Shown: one piece after another, positions 38,790-48,798 of the stretch
How the letters are laid out: each line of letters starts with the position of its first letter
Numbering within the stretch: the stretch's first letter is position 1
DNA from: a virus
IMG/VR virus record: IMGVR_UViG_3300013101_000007
Location: 1 to 64,000 of that record
Length of the DNA: 64,000 nucleotides
Direction: 5' to 3' (one strand)
Notes under the pieces: generated by a model
What the model was told of the DNA's origin: nothing
Seen by the model: the letters and a program-made list of their open reading frames with translations, nothing else
Databases searched by the model: none
Made by a program: the position numbers and the translations under genes

Positions 38790-39832
38790 TGGTGGCTCTT
38801 TCACCAAACCAGAAACTTATGATACTGAGTGGAAAGGATGCCCTCATAGCCAGAATAGAACATGTTAAGTTAACTGGTGATATTCATGCCGCTGTGGTTT
38901 TGGGGCGGTTGATATTTAGTTACTCCTATTTTTTAGAAAAACATGGTAAAGATTCCTTTTACAAAACTAATGAGGAATTAAAAAATGAGTGTATGGCTAG
39001 TTCTTCTCAATTAAGACGGATAAAAACCATACTCAATACCCTACCTTTTTTGACAATAAAAAAGAAGGGGATACCGGCTAAGAATTGGTACACTTTTAAT
39101 GCAGATGCTTACTATAAGTCTTTAGAGAAATTGGTTGATGACCACTCTACAAGTGGTGCGGAAACAGACACCTCCAGTAGTGTCGAAAACAACACCACTG
39201 GTAGTGACGAAAACAACACCACTATTACAGAGAATACTAAAGAGAATACATCAGAGAATACTAAAGAGAAGGTTTCCTCTACGAGCAAACAACCCAAGAA
39301 CCCCGAAATTAAAAAAGTAACCTTCGGGAAAGGTAAAAAAGGAGATAACATAGGTAAAAGCAAATTAAGCATTATGAAAGGAAAAGGTAATTATTCCGTA
39401 ATGCAAAGCTACACTGAATTTGCAGAGGTAGCTAATGAATATACCACTGAGGAATTAATAGAGGAATTCGAGACTCTTGAATATACCAATGCTAGGGTTT
39501 CGGATTTCTGGCGTAAATGTATGAGGATTAATTACCATGAGGAGTTAAAACTGATACCTTCCCTTAGTGGGGTTAATAAAAAGAGATTATGGAGGGTTAT
39601 GGCTACCATAGAGGCCGACCACTACAAGACCCTTGGTATCCTTATCAAAGATTGGGTTTCATTCACTGAGCATTGCGAGGTTAAGTTTTCTGCTTTTAAA
39701 TCGCCTCACACTCCAATGCTTGCGTATCTGGATAAATACATTGATGCCATACCCAGTTTTTCAGGGGATACGATACCTACAGCTTCAAAAGGCCATACGG
39801 GTAAAACTTCATCATGGGAGGATGATGATTGA
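38789..39832 (+). CDS. replication initiator (N-terminal wHTH, lambda O-like layout)
   Basis: FYKTNEELKNE..KKKGIPAKNWY wHTH; internal iteron-bearing linker TENTKENTSENTKE; upstream of loader and helicase. Confidence 0.7.
   Translation: MVALSPNQKLMILSGKDALIARIEHVKLTGDIHAAVVLGRLIFSYSYFLEKHGKDSFYKTNEELKNECMASSSQLRRIKTILNTLPFLTIKKKGIPAKNWYTFNADAYYKSLEKLVDDHSTSGAETDTSSSVENNTTGSDENNTTITENTKENTSENTKEKVSSTSKQPKNPEIKKVTFGKGKKGDNIGKSKLSIMKGKGNYSVMQSYTEFAEVANEYTTEELIEEFETLEYTNARVSDFWRKCMRINYHEELKLIPSLSGVNKKRLWRVMATIEADHYKTLGILIKDWVSFTEHCEVKFSAFKSPHTPMLAYLDKYIDAIPSFSGDTIPTASKGHTGKTSSWEDDD
39152..39271. repeat. putative replication origin iterons
   Basis: Three 24-bp units with AGTGGTG/CACCACT-like dyad ends, then two 24-bp units containing CAGAGAATACTAAAGAGAA. 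Confidence 0.65.
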
Positions 39833-39899
39833 AATTGATTGCAATAAAAAGCAGGTAGTAATACCATTCATAAAAAAACACAGGAGATAGGGGGTTACT

Positions 39900-40469
39900 A
39901 TGACCACTATAGTAGAACAGGCATTTGAAACTAACGTGCTACATAAAGATGTACACATGAGCTTAGTGAAAAATTTAGATAAGATTTCACTGGCTACAGG
40001 TGTGCCTAAAAAATTCATTTGGACAGAGGATACAGATAATGTATGCACTAAACATGAGTGGAAATTTATTGTTAAGTGTCGGAAGTACAGGTCTGATGGT
40101 TATGCCGGCCTAATTATAACAAACAATAGTACACAGATTCATTCAGCTGAAGAAAAAATGATGATGATGGCGGGTAAGTTAATTCGTAATTTTATAGATG
40201 CGAGGCTTGTTATTGTCCAAGATTTATTGGATGAAATGAAAGAAGGGTATAAAGACGATTCAGACGTTCTTTTAATTCCAAACTTTTTTATTCCAAAAAA
40301 AGGTATTGCTTTACCAGATTGGCAGGTCAATACTTTACAAGGGTTATTGATAAAAAGACTATGTGCAGGGGATTTAACTATTCTTTATGTGCAGAGTATG
40401 GATGATTTAAAAAAGAGCTATGGAGCGGCAATGTATAATCACTTAAATCAACATTATAAGATTTTATAA
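39900..40469 (+). CDS. DnaC/IstB-like helicase loader, degenerate
   Basis: Between initiator and DnaB; GVPKKF, VQDLLDEMK, SDVLLIPNF, LKKSYG; no Walker A. Confidence 0.55.
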   Translation: MTTIVEQAFETNVLHKDVHMSLVKNLDKISLATGVPKKFIWTEDTDNVCTKHEWKFIVKCRKYRSDGYAGLIITNNSTQIHSAEEKMMMMAGKLIRNFIDARLVIVQDLLDEMKEGYKDDSDVLLIPNFFIPKKGIALPDWQVNTLQGLLIKRLCAGDLTILYVQSMDDLKKSYGAAMYNHLNQHYKIL

Positions 40470-40472
40470 AAA

Positions 40473-40508
40473 ACCTTAGTCGGTGCTGAGACTGACTAGG
40501 GTATTTTT
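40473..40508 (+). terminator. stem-loop / intrinsic terminator
   Basis: ACCTTAGTCGGT-gctgag-ACTGACTAGGGT followed by ATTTTT. Confidence 0.6.
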
Positions 40509-40532
40509 GTCTCAAAAATTCAGGAGTATACA

Positions 40533-41870
40533 ATGCAAAGTGTTGGTACAAAACTACTATCTAGCTTGATAGCAGAAGATAGCTTAACCTACTATATAAA
40601 AATGGGTTTAACAGTAGAAATGTTTTTAGGTATTGAGGATGACCTGTTTACCTTTGTGGATGACCATGTTCATAATTATGGTGTCTTTCCAAAAGCAGAA
40701 ACGATAGAAGAACAAATTGATATTGAGTTGCCAGAAACAACCGAGCCCGTCAATTATTATTTAGATCATTTTGAAAACCGATACTACCAGCAACGTTTAA
40801 AAAAGATGATGCTGGAGGCTCAAAAAACATTAAAAGAAAAGAAACCTAAAGAAGCCTTAGAGATAATGCAGAATGAGATTGTGACTCTTACTTTAAATAA
40901 GAACCGCAAAAAGATGGTGAACTACACCAAAGACGCTCATAAGTTGATTGAAGATAATTATAAACAGCAATGGTTGGGTGAGGATGGGATACATGTAGGA
41001 TGGCCTTATCTGGATATTTTAACCGGTGGTTTATACGGTGGGGATATAATGGTTATTGTTGGGAGGCCAGGAACGGGCAAGACCTACAACCTATTACACA
41101 TGGCAATGACCCCTTGGATGCAAGGAAAAGTTCCTTTAATTGTTTCAATGGAAATGAATCCACTAGCATTAACACAACGAATTGCAGCCATGCAAGCCCA
41201 CGTACCAGCCCACTATATTAAAACCGGAGACATTCCACCAAAATTTAAAGATAAAGTATTTAACGTATTAACTGAAAATAAAGAGGATAAAAATAAACCT
41301 CCATTCTGGATTGTGGATGGTAATTTGACAGCTTCGGTAAATGATATTGCTTTAATATGCCACCAGCTAAAACCTGATTGTGTTTATGTAGATGGCGCGT
41401 ACATGTTGAGAGCTGAAAATGCTTATGCCAAACATGAACAGATTGCAGAATCAATACAAGGCTTAAAAGAAAAAATAGCTAGTAACATGGATATTCCAGT
41501 TATTGCCAGTTATCAATTTAACCGCGACCAAGTTAAGGCGGCTAAGAAAGGCAAGACAGGCGTAGAGCATATTGGTGGTTCAGATGCCATAGGGCAAATA
41601 GCTTCAGTTGTTTTGGGTGTCTCAGGTGACGATGACCCCTCATTACCTTCAAACCATGAAGCAGTAAAAATAATTGAATTGCTGAAAGGCAGAAATGGAG
41701 AGACCGGTACTTTTAAAATCAATTGGAAGTTTGATGTGTGGCCTTATATGGACTTCACAGAATTAAATACTAAACAGTACCCAGAAAAAGATGATAAGGC
41801 CGGCTACGAGGAAATGGATTTTGATAACTTACCAGCCATGCAAGAAAACACAGAGGATTTAAAATATTAG
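40533..41870 (+). CDS. dnaB: DnaB-like replicative helicase
   Basis: GRPGTGKT, SMEM, YVDGAY, YQFNR, GGSDAIGQ, LKGRNGE. Confidence 0.92.
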   Translation: MQSVGTKLLSSLIAEDSLTYYIKMGLTVEMFLGIEDDLFTFVDDHVHNYGVFPKAETIEEQIDIELPETTEPVNYYLDHFENRYYQQRLKKMMLEAQKTLKEKKPKEALEIMQNEIVTLTLNKNRKKMVNYTKDAHKLIEDNYKQQWLGEDGIHVGWPYLDILTGGLYGGDIMVIVGRPGTGKTYNLLHMAMTPWMQGKVPLIVSMEMNPLALTQRIAAMQAHVPAHYIKTGDIPPKFKDKVFNVLTENKEDKNKPPFWIVDGNLTASVNDIALICHQLKPDCVYVDGAYMLRAENAYAKHEQIAESIQGLKEKIASNMDIPVIASYQFNRDQVKAAKKGKTGVEHIGGSDAIGQIASVVLGVSGDDDPSLPSNHEAVKIIELLKGRNGETGTFKINWKFDVWPYMDFTELNTKQYPEKDDKAGYEEMDFDNLPAMQENTEDLKY

Positions 41871-41897
41871 TGCAACCAATTGCAATGCTAAATAAAT

Positions 41898-41925
41898 TTG
41901 ACAATAGAAATTATACGTGTATAAT
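41898..41925 (+). promoter_or_regulatory. sigma70-type promoter, early-cassette family
   Basis: TTGACA-atagaaattatacgtg-TATAAT. Confidence 0.85.
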
Positions 41926-41969
41926 GAAGCTCAACATTAACCTAAACCAAACCATAGAGGATTAAAAAA

Positions 41970-42446
41970 ATGCCAGTAACCATAACAAAGAAAAAAATCG
42001 CTCCAAAAGGTAAATCTAAACTAAGTAAAAAAGCAACAAACTCAAAAAAGATTGAAGCTATGAAAGACTTGGTTGATGTAATGGGTGTCACTCAGAAAGC
42101 AATGGAAAAACACCAAAAAGCAATGATGCCATTATCTGAAACTTATTCCAATGCTAAAGCAGAATTACTAACCATGGCTGATGAGGAATATGATGCCGCT
42201 CAAAAAGCACTAATATCCACAGATGATTATTTAGCCGATATTGGTATGAAGGGAAACAGAACCTCAATTACTGATAAGGCGAAAATTATTGATTTGCTGG
42301 ATGGTATAGACGAGGACTTAGTAATCAAGTTAATCTCATTTAAACTAACTGAATTAAAACAGTACTTGACCCCTACCGAAATAAAAGCAGTAACCGAGAT
42401 AGAACGCTTAAATGCCAGAACGGTAAAAGTAAATCCTTTAACCTGA
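41970..42446 (+). CDS. hypothetical protein, basic N-terminus MPVTITKKK
   Basis: 158-aa ORF with RBS after a promoter. Confidence 0.7.
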   Translation: MPVTITKKKIAPKGKSKLSKKATNSKKIEAMKDLVDVMGVTQKAMEKHQKAMMPLSETYSNAKAELLTMADEEYDAAQKALISTDDYLADIGMKGNRTSITDKAKIIDLLDGIDEDLVIKLISFKLTELKQYLTPTEIKAVTEIERLNARTVKVNPLT

Positions 42447-43426
42447 TGGATGAACAAAGAATTATCACCTTTCTAAAGGCGGTAGGTTCAGAACCATGTG
42501 AAATGCAGAATAGGGATGAATGGGTATTAGCACCTTGTCCATTTGCCCCTTGGTTTCACGAAGGGGGTGTAGACAATCATCCTTCATTTGGAGTTGAGAA
42601 GAAACCTAATGAGGAATCCAGATTTTATTGCTTCAGTTGTAATGCCAATGGCGATTTGATGGATATGATAATCAACCTGAAGCATGAAGGTGCTGTCATG
42701 GATGATGGTTATAACTTTCCTTTGGCTTTAACATTGATTGCAGAAGAGCAAGAAGAGGCAGAATTAGATATACCTGATTATGGTGAGGGTGTGGTAAAGC
42801 CTAAAGTAATAACCCAGATATTTGCCGAACAATTTTTGGAGTCCTTTAAGAAAGCTAAGTTCTTCAAGGATGGATTGCAGTATTTAAAAAGCAGAGGCTT
42901 AAACCCGTTAGAGATACATGAGTTGGATTTTAGATTTGATTCAAAACATAAGCGTGTGTGTATCCCTGTAAGAGATTTTAATGGTAAGTTGATGGGATTG
43001 CATGGTAGAAGTATTATAAAAGGCACTACACCCCCTTACAATGCCTATAAGTATAACAATCATTGGAATAAGTTGCCGTGGCTTGGAGAAGAATGGATAG
43101 ATTTTGAAATACCTGTTGTTTTATGTGAGTCGGTATTTGATTTTATTCAGATACGAAAAGTATACAGAAATGTAATGTGCAGTTTATCTTGTGGCATGGG
43201 CAAGGCTAAAGTAGATCGGATTAGGGGGGCTTTAGATGTTGTTAGTTTATATGACTACGGGAAGGGGGGTGATATGGCAAGAAAGTCTTTGCATAAGTAT
43301 TTAAAAAGTTCAACCATTGTCCACTTAATACCAACAAAAGAGCAAGACGACCCCGGAGCAATGACTGAAGTAGAAATATATAATTTATTAAAAGGGTATG
43401 TTGATTTCAATTTGGAGGGTATATGA
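42446..43426 (+). CDS. DNA primase (zinc finger + TOPRIM)
   Basis: CPFAPWFH..DNHPSF..CFSC, YLKSRG, CESVFD, DDPG. Confidence 0.88.
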   Translation: MDEQRIITFLKAVGSEPCEMQNRDEWVLAPCPFAPWFHEGGVDNHPSFGVEKKPNEESRFYCFSCNANGDLMDMIINLKHEGAVMDDGYNFPLALTLIAEEQEEAELDIPDYGEGVVKPKVITQIFAEQFLESFKKAKFFKDGLQYLKSRGLNPLEIHELDFRFDSKHKRVCIPVRDFNGKLMGLHGRSIIKGTTPPYNAYKYNNHWNKLPWLGEEWIDFEIPVVLCESVFDFIQIRKVYRNVMCSLSCGMGKAKVDRIRGALDVVSLYDYGKGGDMARKSLHKYLKSSTIVHLIPTKEQDDPGAMTEVEIYNLLKGYVDFNLEGI

Positions 43427-43650
43427 CTACTATTTCAAGCGAACTTAATATAACTAAAGGAGTAAGATTAAACCGGCTAATTTGGTTTATTTCACAAATT
43501 GAGCCAGAACAATTAATAACTTTAACTTTAGATGGAGGAACTGCAACAGACCTTGCAGGACATTTAATTGTCAACCTTTGTACTGAGCATGATATTTTTT
43601 CACCAAAATTGTACACCGGAATAAAGATACAACAACATAAAGTTAATTAA
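43423..43650 (+). CDS. hypothetical protein
   Basis: ATGA overlap; GGAGGG RBS. Confidence 0.55.
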   Translation: MTTISSELNITKGVRLNRLIWFISQIEPEQLITLTLDGGTATDLAGHLIVNLCTEHDIFSPKLYTGIKIQQHKVN

Positions 43651-43652
43651 TT

Positions 43653-43680
43653 TTGACAATTAAAAACATACCCGTATAAT
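43653..43680 (+). promoter_or_regulatory. sigma70-type promoter
   Basis: TTGACA-16-TATAAT. Confidence 0.8.
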
Positions 43681-43750
43681 AGTAGGCGTTCACATTAGTT
43701 TGAACTTATGATAATCAGATACCGAAAGGTACAATATTAGGAGAAATAAC

Positions 43751-44434
43751 ATGGGGTTTTTAAAGAAAGGTAAGGCTAGTCAAAAGCAAGTAGCTGCGGC
43801 TGAGAAAAAGGCAGAAGAACAAGCAGAAGGTTATATTCGTAGATTTTGGCTTCCAAACGATGCAGAAACTACAATTACTTTTTTGGATGGTAAGTTGTTG
43901 CCAGATGGCTTACTTGATAATACAACATTTCTTGAACATCAATTAAATTTAAACGGCTCATGGCAGAATTGGTACGCTTGTACCAGTGAAGATGAACCTT
44001 GTCCAATATGCGAAGGTGGAGATACCCCTTCATTAGTTGGCGTGTTTACAATCATAGATCATTCTGAGTGGACTTCTAAAAAAGATGGTTCAAAACACAA
44101 AGATGAAAAACGACTCTTTGTAGCAAAAAGACATACCTTAAAACAATTGCAGAAGATTGCCACTAAGCGTAAAGGCTTAACTGGAATTACCTTTGATGTT
44201 TCTCGTATTGGGGAAAAGGCCGCTAGTGTTGGGGATATGTTCGACTTTGTACAGAAAAAACCACTATCCTTTTTTCAGAAGAAATATAAAGATGCTGAAG
44301 CCTATGATTACGAGGAAATTTTGACGTATAAAGATGCTCAAGAACTTCGTGAAGAAGGTTTTGGTTCACTGTCAGTAGGTAATGAGCCAGAGGTTGATGA
44401 AGATGAAGAAGGTGAATATGAGGATGACGTATAG
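43751..44434 (+). CDS. single-stranded DNA-binding protein (gp32-like)
   Basis: RRFWLP, EHQ..C....PCPIC zinc site, acidic C-terminal tail. Confidence 0.75.
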   Translation: MGFLKKGKASQKQVAAAEKKAEEQAEGYIRRFWLPNDAETTITFLDGKLLPDGLLDNTTFLEHQLNLNGSWQNWYACTSEDEPCPICEGGDTPSLVGVFTIIDHSEWTSKKDGSKHKDEKRLFVAKRHTLKQLQKIATKRKGLTGITFDVSRIGEKAASVGDMFDFVQKKPLSFFQKKYKDAEAYDYEEILTYKDAQELREEGFGSLSVGNEPEVDEDEEGEYEDDV

Positions 44435-44530
44435 CCTTTAAGGGTTTTGGTAGCGTCCGTTGGGCATTTGCTCATCACACTAATTGCGGGTGTTCATTGG
44501 TTGCTACCATTTTTATGGAGAATAAAATAA

Positions 44531-45874
44531 ATGACTTGGACTAATCAAGTTCCATTGATAACAAAAGAAGCGGCTGTTTACCCTTATTCAGCAAAATTAA
44601 AAAAACGATTCAGTTTAGCCAGTAGGTATGATGACCCTATAAATCTTTACAGAGAGATAGGCAAAGACAAACAACACAGAATTTTACTACCTAGACAAGT
44701 ATGCCCTATGGGTGTGGATAAACGAGCGGTAGGTATTCCTGTAAAATTCGATACTATATTTAAACCCAGAAGTGATGAACAAGCCAGAGTTGTAAATGAA
44801 GCCTCTACTTTATTGTTGGCGGGTGAATCATTTGTAGTAAGAGCCCCTACTGGATTTGGTAAAACAATTTGTGCTATGCAGATGATTCATAATGTAGGTA
44901 GAAAAACATTAGTTATTGTCACTAAAGAGGACATAAGAGACCAATGGATTGACGCGGCTAAAATGATACTAAAAATAAAGAACTCTGAAATAGGTATTAT
45001 TCAAGGAGACCAATGCAATACCAAAGGAAAAAAGTTCTGTATTGGTATGATTCAATCCTTATCTAAGTCTGGGAAATACGCTCCTAGTACATGGACAGAT
45101 TTTGGTTTAGTTATCTGGGATGAAGTACATAGAGTAGCGGCTGACCACTTCAGCAATAGTGCATGGCTATTACCGGCAAAATTAAGGTTAGGCCTTTCTG
45201 CAACACCTGAACGCAAAGACGGTAAAGATGTGGTTATTGCGGCTCATATAGGCAACGTAAGGGTGGCTACAGAGCAAATGACTATGATACCTAAAGTCTT
45301 GGTGGTTAAATCTAAATTCACCTTGCCTATGGTTCCTAGAAAGATAAATGGTAGATTTAAACAAGTACCTTTACCGCATACTCCGGGGCGTATTCAAGGT
45401 GTAAATAAGTGCCTGTCTAAAAATATGACCAGAAATAAGATGATAGGCCAATTCATCAAGACCGCTTACAAGAAAGATAGAAATATAATTGTGTTCTCAG
45501 ATTTAAAGGCTCACCTTGATAGACTTTATGAAATTTGTGTAATGAACGCGATACCTCAGAAGGATATGGCTTTTTATATTGGGGGTTTGACCAAACAAGA
45601 ACGAGAACGGGCTAAAGTAAAAGCTATAATTTTTGCCACGTATGCCATGACTTCAGAAGCAACTGATATACCGTGGATGGACACAGCGGTTTTATGTACT
45701 CCTCGCTCAGATGTGGTTCAGATTGTTGGGCGTATATTACGGGAATACCCAGACAAAAAAGAACCTATAGTATTTGATGTTGTAGATCAGTGTAGCAATG
45801 TATTGACAGGCTATTACAATAACCGATTGCAATGGTACAAGTCCATAGGCGCGGAGGTTAGAAGGAAAAATTGA
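44531..45874 (+). CDS. superfamily 2 DNA helicase
   Basis: APTGFGKT, DEVH, LSATP, QIVGRILR. Confidence 0.92.
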   Translation: MTWTNQVPLITKEAAVYPYSAKLKKRFSLASRYDDPINLYREIGKDKQHRILLPRQVCPMGVDKRAVGIPVKFDTIFKPRSDEQARVVNEASTLLLAGESFVVRAPTGFGKTICAMQMIHNVGRKTLVIVTKEDIRDQWIDAAKMILKIKNSEIGIIQGDQCNTKGKKFCIGMIQSLSKSGKYAPSTWTDFGLVIWDEVHRVAADHFSNSAWLLPAKLRLGLSATPERKDGKDVVIAAHIGNVRVATEQMTMIPKVLVVKSKFTLPMVPRKINGRFKQVPLPHTPGRIQGVNKCLSKNMTRNKMIGQFIKTAYKKDRNIIVFSDLKAHLDRLYEICVMNAIPQKDMAFYIGGLTKQERERAKVKAIIFATYAMTSEATDIPWMDTAVLCTPRSDVVQIVGRILREYPDKKEPIVFDVVDQCSNVLTGYYNNRLQWYKSIGAEVRRKN

Positions 45875-45899
45875 CAATTAAGATAAAATAATTTATAAT
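45871..45899 (+). promoter_or_regulatory. sigma70-type promoter
   Basis: TTGACA-17-TATAAT. Confidence 0.75.
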
Positions 45900-45933
45900 T
45901 GTCAAAACTGGAAATATCAATAAGGAGAAATAA

Positions 45934-46419
45934 ATGCCAGTCAAAGTAAAAAAAATCACGGATAAAAAACCCTTCAAGAAGTGGTACGATGATAATAAAA
46001 AAGACTTCAATGAACAGCGTAGGGATAGATACCGGACTGACCCAGAGTACAGAAAACGTGTGCAAGAAAATAACGCTAAGAATTCAAATAGAAAAAAGAA
46101 AAATCTACCTACCATGGATGAGTATGAATCTGTGCCTCTTGAAATGGAGGGCGGTATTATTCTTGAATGTTACAGTATTAAAGATGCTTGTGAGATTATA
46201 GGTAGGGGGAAGCAAACTATACGCCTATGGACAAAAAACAAAGATATACCAGATGTATCGGTTGTGGATGAAGAGGGCATAAAGTATTACACCGACACTC
46301 AAATAAATCTACTAATTGATTTTGCAGATATTAGAAGGGGTTTGAGTGGGGCTACCATAAATGCCAATGCAGATTTAGCAAAGGCTTCAAAAATAGTGTT
46401 CACTAATTGGGAGAAATAA
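45934..46419 (+). CDS. MerR-like HTH DNA-binding protein
   Basis: YSIKDACEIIGRGKQTIRLW..IP..KYYTDTQI. Confidence 0.7.
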   Translation: MPVKVKKITDKKPFKKWYDDNKKDFNEQRRDRYRTDPEYRKRVQENNAKNSNRKKKNLPTMDEYESVPLEMEGGIILECYSIKDACEIIGRGKQTIRLWTKNKDIPDVSVVDEEGIKYYTDTQINLLIDFADIRRGLSGATINANADLAKASKIVFTNWEK

Positions 46420-46911
46420 ATGCCAGTAACTATAAAAAAGAAAGATGATAACAAACCAGAAAAGGCTAAAGAAAAACCAGAAGTCACCTCCAAAAAGAAA
46501 TCGGTTAATAAGCCAAAAACGGCAAGTAAAAAAGACCACCCAACAGCTAACATAGCTAAACAGTCAAAAGAAACAAAACTGGTTGTAGATGGGCATGAGG
46601 TTTCTGATGGCGAAGTAATTAATATGAAAGAACCCACAGGTCAGGTGAGTCTTGAGTACCCAGATGGAACTACAAAAAATATTCAGATTAAATTAGCCAA
46701 TGCCTCAAATTATATCGGAGCTACAGTAAATGTAGGAATCAGTTTAGGCTTAACTGTCAATATTGGCAACTACGAAAATGTTAAAGCTCAAGTCTCAATT
46801 CATATTCCATGCTCACATGAAGAAATTGAAGATACTTATGAATTTGCGAAGGAGTGGGCTGATGATAAACTTGAAGAACTACAAGGCGAAATAGAAACCC
46901 ATAAAGAATAA
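46420..46911 (+). CDS. hypothetical protein, basic N-terminus MPVTIKKK
   Basis: C-terminal GLTVNIGNYENVK domain. Confidence 0.65.
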   Translation: MPVTIKKKDDNKPEKAKEKPEVTSKKKSVNKPKTASKKDHPTANIAKQSKETKLVVDGHEVSDGEVINMKEPTGQVSLEYPDGTTKNIQIKLANASNYIGATVNVGISLGLTVNIGNYENVKAQVSIHIPCSHEEIEDTYEFAKEWADDKLEELQGEIETHKE

Positions 46912-46940
46912 ATGCAATCAATTGCACTGGAGTATAAATA

Positions 46941-47978
46941 ATGAGTTCAATTACTGAACTAGCAGAGCAGATGGGTAAACAGTATGGTAAAGGTGTCGTC
47001 ACAAATGGTGCAGATGTACCAGAATCATTAAGAGCCGATACTGGAATTTTTCCATTTGATTTAGCAACCGGTGGGGGTTTTCCTATTGGTAAGATAAGTA
47101 TTTTATATGGGCCTGAATCTAGTCTGAAAACAACCATTGCACTTAAAGCCATTGCTAGGTATCAACTATCTAATCCTGATAAAAAATGTGTGTTTGTGGA
47201 TGTTGAAGCCAGTTACTCACCTAATTGGGCAAAGAAACTAGGTGTTGATACAGAGGCCTTAACTATACTCAGACCAACATGCGCTGAACATGCCGTGGAT
47301 GCAATAGAAGGGATATTGTACGCTGACGATTGTGGAATTGTTGTTGTAGATTCATTGGCTGCATTAATAACTGCTAATGAGTTGGACAGTAGTGCTGAGA
47401 AGGCCGTAGTGGGCGGTTCTGGATTAGTGATTGGCAAACTGTACCGTAAGGCAGTAATGTCACTTAATGATGCCATACGTGAGGACAGATACCCTACATT
47501 GATTTGTATAAACCAGATACGGTTTAAAATTGGGGTTATGTATGGAGACCCTGAGACTATGCCCGGAGGAAATGCTTTTAAATTTGCTTCAGCATTAACG
47601 GTTCGCCTTTACGGTAAAGATGAAATAGATACCAAAATAAATGCTACTCTACCTGCATGGAAAATATGTTCAGGTATTGTTAAGAAGTATAAAGTACCGA
47701 TATATGCAAAATCTTTTGAATTTAAACTTTCCATTACAAAAGCAACCGGCTTTTCAGTCGGTGATGTGGATGATTGGAATACTTTTCTTTCTAAGATGAA
47801 GGATTTGCAGATAATAATGAAAGGTAAAAAGGTTGGAACGTGGGTAATGCTTGATAAGGAGTACAAAACCCTCAAAGAGATAAGAAAAACCATTGATGAT
47901 GATGATGGCCTTAATTTGGCATTAAGGGAATTGGTAGTAGAGGGATGCTTAGATGATGATGATGAGGATGAGGATTAA
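46941..47978 (+). CDS. recA: RecA/UvsX-like recombinase
   Basis: GPESSLKTT, FVDVE, VVDSLAAL, INQIR, PGGNAFKFAS. Confidence 0.92.
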   Translation: MSSITELAEQMGKQYGKGVVTNGADVPESLRADTGIFPFDLATGGGFPIGKISILYGPESSLKTTIALKAIARYQLSNPDKKCVFVDVEASYSPNWAKKLGVDTEALTILRPTCAEHAVDAIEGILYADDCGIVVVDSLAALITANELDSSAEKAVVGGSGLVIGKLYRKAVMSLNDAIREDRYPTLICINQIRFKIGVMYGDPETMPGGNAFKFASALTVRLYGKDEIDTKINATLPAWKICSGIVKKYKVPIYAKSFEFKLSITKATGFSVGDVDDWNTFLSKMKDLQIIMKGKKVGTWVMLDKEYKTLKEIRKTIDDDDGLNLALRELVVEGCLDDDDEDED

Positions 47979-47981
47979 ATT

Positions 47982-48173
47982 ATGAGTGATACAATAGAAA
48001 TGAGCGTAACTATTGTACGGGAAACAGCAAAGGCTTTTTTGGTAGATGATGGGGATGAGTGGTGGATTCCAAAGTCTCAAATTACTGACCCTGAACAGTT
48101 TGATGCAGATGCAAATGATGTAGTAATAATCGAAATATCAGAATGGTGGGCAGATAAAGCAGGATTATTATAA
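47982..48173 (+). CDS. hypothetical protein
   Basis: ETAKAFLV..WWIPKSQI small phage family pattern. Confidence 0.65.
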   Translation: MSDTIEMSVTIVRETAKAFLVDDGDEWWIPKSQITDPEQFDADANDVVIIEISEWWADKAGLL

Positions 48174-48535
48174 TGGGAGAAAACCCGTGGATAAGAAAGA
48201 ACACTGGTAAGAAAAATAACCACGGGCGTAAAGCCGAAGTAAAAACCTCTAGGAGATTAAAAGGTAAGTTACATGCCGGTAGCGGTAATATGGGTGTAAA
48301 AGCAGATTTTACAGTAAAAGATTACAAGGTGGAAAATAAAGCCACTATACACAGGAGCATTAAGCTGGAATTGGATTGGCTGTTAAAGGTGTCACAAGAA
48401 GCCATTGAAGTAGGCAAGATACCAGCACTGTCTATTCAGTTTGTAAATAGCCAAGGTACGCCTTTAAATAAAGGGCGGTGGGTGATGATACCAGAGGATG
48501 AGTTTAAAGATTTAATTGAAAACAAACAGGAGTAA
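48173..48535 (+). CDS. PD-(D/E)XK nuclease / Holliday junction resolvase-like
   Basis: E..GSG..KAD..VENKAT. Confidence 0.7.
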   Translation: MGENPWIRKNTGKKNNHGRKAEVKTSRRLKGKLHAGSGNMGVKADFTVKDYKVENKATIHRSIKLELDWLLKVSQEAIEVGKIPALSIQFVNSQGTPLNKGRWVMIPEDEFKDLIENKQE

Positions 48536-48537
48536 CT

Positions 48538-48798
48538 ATGTTAAGCGAAGATGAAAAAAGAGAAATTATAGATCAACTAGATTATTTAAAATTTCTAGTC
48601 ACACACTGTGATGATCTAAAGTATTACGTGTCTACTATAGGGGATGATGTGCCAGACGATTTCAAAGGACTAGCTAACGATACGGGCGTGGATTTTACAA
48701 CAGAAAAAGGAAGGTCTTGGCACTCAGCCGCCTTTTGTATTAATTTGAAAGTAAAGCATAAGAAGTTTAAAAAGCTAATGTTGGATAGGGTTTCCTGA
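48538..48798 (+). CDS. hypothetical protein
   Basis: AGGAG RBS; coupled ORF. Confidence 0.55.
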   Translation: MLSEDEKREIIDQLDYLKFLVTHCDDLKYYVSTIGDDVPDDFKGLANDTGVDFTTEKGRSWHSAAFCINLKVKHKKFKKLMLDRVS

